From contig CAVTBU010000005.1 in assembly GCA_963733035.1 (NCBI GenBank), positions 2,752,001 through 2,816,000 on the forward strand: a DNA stretch of 64,000 nt, in the 5' to 3' direction. Of this stretch, positions 59,585 to 64,000 are shown one piece after another; positions within the stretch are counted from its first letter, which is position 1; each line of letters begins with the position of its first letter. The translations under genes and the position numbers were made by a program. This DNA is from Pirellulales bacterium (lineage in GTDB: Bacteria; Planctomycetota; Planctomycetia; Pirellulales; PALSA-1355). Below the pieces are notes generated by a model that saw only the letters and a program-made list of their open reading frames with translations, did no database searches and was not told the DNA's origin.

Positions 59585-61237
59585 CTACACTTCGGCCGCC
59601 TGCTGCGACTCGCTCCGGCAGTAGTAGTCGCCGTATTTTTCGCGAAGCGCCATCTTCAGGAACTTACCGGCCGAGGTGCGGGGAATCTCGTTGGTGAACT
59701 CCACGGCATCGGGCAGCCACCACTTGGCAAACTGCGGCTTGAGAAAGTCGATCAACTCCTCGGGCGTCGCCTGTTTCCCCTTGCGAAGCACCACAATTGC
59801 CAACGGACGCTCAGCCCATTTGGGATGACTGGCCGGAATCACGGCCGCTTCGGCCACGGCCGGGTGTCCCATGATCGCATTCTCCAGCGCCACGGAGCTG
59901 ATCCATTCGCCGCCGCTCTTGATCACATCCTTCGCGCGGTCTTGCAGGTGCAGACAGCCGAACTTGTCGATCGCCACGATGTCGCCCGTGCGGAACCAAC
60001 CATCTTCGGTGAACGAAGTCGCCGCGTCGGGGCGGTTGTAATAACCGCTGGCGATCCAAGGCCCCCGCACTTCGAGCTCGCCCATCGATTGGCCATCCCA
60101 GGGAACGATGCCGTTTTCGTTTCGGGCGCGAATCTCAACCATGGGGCAGGGGCGACCCTGGCGCACCTGGAAGTCGTATTGCTCGCTCTTGGGAGCATTG
60201 GCAAGCCGCGCGGGAATCGTTCCCACGGTGCCGACCGGGCAGAGCTCGGTCATGCCCCACGAGTGCAGCATCTTCAGGCCGTGACGTTCGCCAAAACCTT
60301 CGATCATGCTCCGCGGCGCGGCCGATCCGCCGGTAACGATGGCCCGAATGCACGACAGGTCGTACTTGCCCGGTGACTCATCGAGAATTTGGAGCATGCC
60401 AAGCCAGATGGTCGGCACACCGCCGGTCACGGTCACTCGCTCGCGCACCATCAGGTCGAGCAAATTGGCCGGATCGAGATGCGGCCCCGGAAAGACCTGC
60501 TTGGCGCCAATCATCAAACAGGTGAACGGCATACCCCAGGCGTTGGCATGGAACATGGGCACCACGGCCATTACCGTGTCGTGTTCGCTGAGCCCCAGCG
60601 TGTCGGTCATGCCGCTGGCCATCGAGTGCAGCACGATCGCGCGATGCGAGGCGAGTACGCCTTTGGGCATGCCGGTTGTGCCCGAGGTGTAGCACATGGC
60701 GGCCGCCTGGCGTTCGTCGATGTCTTCGTACACGAACTTCGACTCGTCGGCATCGGCTAGCAATTCTTCGTAGTCGATTGTGCCCGGCGGCAACGGTTTG
60801 CCGGCGGTGCGCACCACGATTACATGCTTGAAGCCGGCGGGCTCGCGAAACTTGTCGAACAATTCCCATAGCGTATCGTCGACGATGGCGATCTTGTCGC
60901 CGGCATGGCTGGCGATGTAGGTCAAATCGTTTTCGTGCAGCCGTAAGTTAAGTGTGTGCAATACGCCGCCGGCGCAGGGAATGCCCATGTAGGCTTCCAG
61001 GTGCTGATAGTGATTCCAGCAGAAGGTGCCGACGCGGTCGCAGTTCTCCAGCCCCAGCTTCTTGAGCGCCACGGCCAGCTTTTTGGCTCGCGGAACCATG
61101 TCGCCCACGGTGTAGCGATGCAACGACTTGTCGGGGAGCCGCGTCACGACTTCGCGATCGAAGTGCAACTGTTCGGCGCGACGCAGCACCGTGGGTAGAT
61201 TCAACTGGAAGTCCATGATCAAGCCGTGCATCATCAT
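59585..61237 (-). CDS. Medium/long-chain acyl-CoA ligase (AlkK/DmdB-like)
   Basis: YTSGTTGMPKG, PMFHANAWG, WGMTE, WFRTGD, DRAKDVIKSGGEWISS, GKF.K. Confidence 0.93.
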   Translation of the reverse strand: MMMHGLIMDFQLNLPTVLRRAEQLHFDREVVTRLPDKSLHRYTVGDMVPRAKKLAVALKKLGLENCDRVGTFCWNHYQHLEAYMGIPCAGGVLHTLNLRLHENDLTYIASHAGDKIAIVDDTLWELFDKFREPAGFKHVIVVRTAGKPLPPGTIDYEELLADADESKFVYEDIDERQAAAMCYTSGTTGMPKGVLASHRAIVLHSMASGMTDTLGLSEHDTVMAVVPMFHANAWGMPFTCLMIGAKQVFPGPHLDPANLLDLMVRERVTVTGGVPTIWLGMLQILDESPGKYDLSCIRAIVTGGSAAPRSMIEGFGERHGLKMLHSWGMTELCPVGTVGTIPARLANAPKSEQYDFQVRQGRPCPMVEIRARNENGIVPWDGQSMGELEVRGPWIASGYYNRPDAATSFTEDGWFRTGDIVAIDKFGCLHLQDRAKDVIKSGGEWISSVALENAIMGHPAVAEAAVIPASHPKWAERPLAIVVLRKGKQATPEELIDFLKPQFAKWWLPDAVEFTNEIPRTSAGKFLKMALREKYGDYYCRSESQQAAEV

Positions 61238-61421
61238 TCCTCGCCTGGGAGAACACGTGTGGATGAGTTATGGCGACTAAAACGGCTTAGGGAAATTGCC
61301 GCAAGAAGTGCCCACCGTGGTTGATTGTACCCGAGCAAATCGGTGGAAGACACACCCCGAAAATCAATTCTGGAGGCACGACCATGACAGCAAGTTGAGG
61401 CTTACGAAGCTCGGGTGGGAT

Positions 61422-62282
61422 TTAGGCCAACGGCCGTAAGTCGATCCCTTTCACGGCCGCCAAGGGGAGTCTCTTCGCTTTCGCCCAACGCTCCCATTCG
61501 GTCGCAGAACGCTTTGCGAAGATCTCGTTCAATTCCTCGTAGGTGCCTCGTTTTAGATTCAATTCGGCCTGCAGTTTGACCCAGAACTGTGGTTCGAGCG
61601 CTGCCACCGCCAGCCAGCCTTCTCGAGTTCGGTAGAGGTTGTAATAGGGTAAGGCGCCGCCCAAGTGCCCGCCGGGCACTGTCATTCCGTGGCGAAGTGG
61701 CAAAGTGAAGAATTCGAGTGCCGTAGCGATCGGCACAACGGAGTGAACGCCCTGGCCGGTTCGGGCCCGCTCGGCTAGTACGACAAAAGTTTCGGTAACA
61801 GCCGCCTGCGCCCCGGCCATGTCGGCGAGCAGTGTCAGCGGCAATGTCGGCGGATGAACCAGCCCGACGCTGGACTGATAGGTCAAGTCATGACCGGTAA
61901 GTTCTTCATTTGGCTGCGGATAGCCGATGATCGCCACCTGACAGAGCCACGGGAACTCGGCATTCAATCGTTTCCAACTTAGCCCCAGTCGTTCAAGGGA
62001 CGATGGCAAGGTCGAGGTGACCAGTACGTCGGCAGCAGCCAGGTGCCCATCCAAACTTCGCCGGTCGCTCTCGTCCTTCAAGTTGAGCGCGATGACCTGC
62101 TGCTGGCCAAGAAGTTCGTAGTACAACTCTGGCGTGTGCTGCTTGAGCGGGTCGCCCGTCGGCGGCTCGACTTTGACGACGCTGGCCCCATAGCGGTGCA
62201 GCTTGGCGACTGCGGCCGGTCCTGGGAGATTAAAAGCGGTGGTCACGATCTTGACATTCGCGAGCGGTTGCATGCCGCTCAT
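61422..62282 (-). CDS. Family III CoA-transferase (CaiB/BaiF), short form
   Basis: NLPGP, VVKVEPPTGDP, GHDLTY, LADMAG catalytic Asp, AVAALEPQFW. Confidence 0.88.
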   Translation of the reverse strand: MSGMQPLANVKIVTTAFNLPGPAAVAKLHRYGASVVKVEPPTGDPLKQHTPELYYELLGQQQVIALNLKDESDRRSLDGHLAAADVLVTSTLPSSLERLGLSWKRLNAEFPWLCQVAIIGYPQPNEELTGHDLTYQSSVGLVHPPTLPLTLLADMAGAQAAVTETFVVLAERARTGQGVHSVVPIATALEFFTLPLRHGMTVPGGHLGGALPYYNLYRTREGWLAVAALEPQFWVKLQAELNLKRGTYEELNEIFAKRSATEWERWAKAKRLPLAAVKGIDLRPLA

Positions 62283-62316
62283 CGTAGCCAGAACGATCAA
62301 CCTGGGGAACCGGTAC

Positions 62317-63804
62317 TCAGAATGGCACCGCCCAGCGGGCCAACAGGGCACCGGCCGCGACAATCAGGGCGACAAGAGTGGCGGCCAATTGAAGTCGGCC
62401 CCTGTGCGCCGTGTCTGTTTTCAAATCGAGCCGCAGATAGCCGTAAAACGTGGCTAACAAAGCCAGTACCAGGGCTGCTCCTCCGCCGGTGTACCACAGA
62501 CGGTCTTGCACCACGGCGTGGCGCCACAGTCGCTGAAAATCGGCACGGGCCTTCTCGTCGAATTCGAGCCGAGCATGCAACTGATACATCGGACCGACCG
62601 AATTGGATTGAACCTTTTCGACGAATTCGACTTTTTTGACGTTATCCGTGAGGTATGCCAGCGGAATGTTCACGAGTTGCGAGGCGTGTTCGTCACCCAG
62701 ATACTCGTTGATGTAGTGGTCCGCCGCTGCCTGAAGCTCCATATCGAGAGCCCGCTGGCTCTCGGGAACGGAAACATAGGGGCCCGAGTTGATTGTCATC
62801 GAGTAGATGCCATCCTTGAGTCCCGGAACTGCGTCGACCCAGGTCGGTCGCTCCTTGTGAAGCGCCTCAGCGAATTCCTTGGCGGGAACCGATTTTCTCG
62901 ATGCGACGGACTTGCTGGACGGTTCTGCGACATCCTTTGCACCAACTTCGGCGATTGGAGCAGCAATTGCTGCTTTGGCTTGGGCGATCGTGCCATTTTC
63001 GGGTGACAAGGTAACCTTCCCATCAGCCTCGTTCGTAGTTTCCTTGTCTTCTGTGGAGGTCGCAGTTTCTGTCGTTTCGCTTGTCACTTGAGGCTGTGAT
63101 TCTTTTGCGACCGGGTCTTTCGTGACCGTGACGGAAACGGGGATCTCACTTGCCCGCTCGGGCAGCGTTAGCCCATCGCTTTTGTCACTCGCGGCTGGAC
63201 GTTCGGGACGCAAACTGGGTCGCCGAGCGCGTGTGGTGCGGGCCATCTGCGACGGTCGCCGCGCCTGATGAAGGTTCTTGGCAACCTCGCGGTGGACGAT
63301 GCGGTGCTTGAATCGTTCAGCGCGCGGCGGATCGCCGAAATAGTTGACAACCGAGTAGATGATTGCGCCCACGCCCAGCAGCGTAATGGCCTTGAGCGCG
63401 ACGGGCCTTGTGCGTTCCCGACCGAACAGAATGGCTCCGAGAATGATCAGTCCACTACCTAGAACGATCATCATGACGTCGGGGGCGAACGAAACGTTCT
63501 CGCTTGCAACAACTCGGTCACTCGCGAAAGGTTGAACGAAATCCCCATTCACGAATTCGGCGGGGAAGTCAATTTCCCGCAGAGCGTCGACGTGTTCTAC
63601 CGTTCCGTCAAGAACGACTTCGTGATGTTGCGAGTCTCGAGCAAGAAGCATCCATAGTCCGCCTATCACCGCCGCAACGCCCAACGTTTTCAGCAGGACA
63701 CCGGGCATGGAACGAAGCCCACATCCGGCGAGCTTGAAGATCAACACGCCGGCGATGATCAATATCAGCAGTCGTCCCCAGATAATCATGGCAATGAGCA
63801 TCAT
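62317..63804 (-). CDS. Hypothetical multi-pass membrane protein
   Basis: 495-aa ORF with N-terminal TM helices, a low-complexity Thr/Glu linker, a globular domain (ERPTWVD..SGPY) and two C-terminal TM helices. Confidence 0.72.
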   Translation of the reverse strand: MMLIAMIIWGRLLILIIAGVLIFKLAGCGLRSMPGVLLKTLGVAAVIGGLWMLLARDSQHHEVVLDGTVEHVDALREIDFPAEFVNGDFVQPFASDRVVASENVSFAPDVMMIVLGSGLIILGAILFGRERTRPVALKAITLLGVGAIIYSVVNYFGDPPRAERFKHRIVHREVAKNLHQARRPSQMARTTRARRPSLRPERPAASDKSDGLTLPERASEIPVSVTVTKDPVAKESQPQVTSETTETATSTEDKETTNEADGKVTLSPENGTIAQAKAAIAAPIAEVGAKDVAEPSSKSVASRKSVPAKEFAEALHKERPTWVDAVPGLKDGIYSMTINSGPYVSVPESQRALDMELQAAADHYINEYLGDEHASQLVNIPLAYLTDNVKKVEFVEKVQSNSVGPMYQLHARLEFDEKARADFQRLWRHAVVQDRLWYTGGGAALVLALLATFYGYLRLDLKTDTAHRGRLQLAATLVALIVAAGALLARWAVPF

Positions 63805-63810
63805 GGCTGC

Positions 63811-64000
63811 TTACTCCGTCTTCGCTTTCCGCTCGAGTTGCTCGAGGTCGGGTGCCTGGGGAGCTGCCAATTGGACAGACGTCGAGATGATTGCCGCCAC
63901 CATCAGGCCCCAGGGTTGTGGAAACTGCCAGAACCAATCGACCACCCAAGCAATCAAGACCGCCGCGCCCACGTTCCACACGCTCAGGCGTGTGCGGCGT
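63811..64000 (-). CDS. 3' end of a membrane protein running off the window edge
   Basis: Open frame ...RRTRLSVWNVGAAVLIAWVVDWFWQFPQPWGLMVAAIISTSVQLA...KTE*, with its stop a few nt before the next start. Confidence 0.6.
   Translation of the reverse strand, partial: RRTRLSVWNVGAAVLIAWVVDWFWQFPQPWGLMVAAIISTSVQLAAPQAPDLEQLERKAKTE

Noticed and set aside
1..64000. CRISPR array, IS element or prophage
   Set aside because: No regularly spaced direct repeats and no cas, transposase or phage genes were found by eye.

Overview
A GC-rich, mostly coding window that looks like a Planctomycetota (probably Pirellulales-like) chromosome. The taxonomic call rests on lineage-typical families: DUF1501, DUF1559, two PVC-type heme-c dehydrogenases, an ECF sigma factor paired with a Ser/Thr kinase, and an spd-type EF-G. 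Core genes include fusA, sdhCAB, pncA-pncB, tRNA-His, a P-II protein, an aquaglyceroporin and an acyl-CoA ligase/thiolase/CoA-transferase cluster. I saw no CRISPR array, rRNA, transposase, integrase or prophage. The best leads are: (i) a translationally coupled pair of lid-less Hsp70s, one canonical and one with degenerate ATPase motifs plus a C-terminal membrane anchor, lying downstream of a secreted Hint-domain protein and a secreted coiled-coil partner; (ii) a candidate minus-strand sRNA at about 141-345 with repeated C-rich hairpin loops and an intrinsic terminator; (iii) a PEP-CTERM-anchored animal-type heme peroxidase; (iv) seven frameshifts, including one in sdhA, all at GCGC motifs. 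The frameshifts are probably systematic sequencing/assembly errors and may reflect a host methylation motif. All calls come from reading motifs by eye; no database searches were run.
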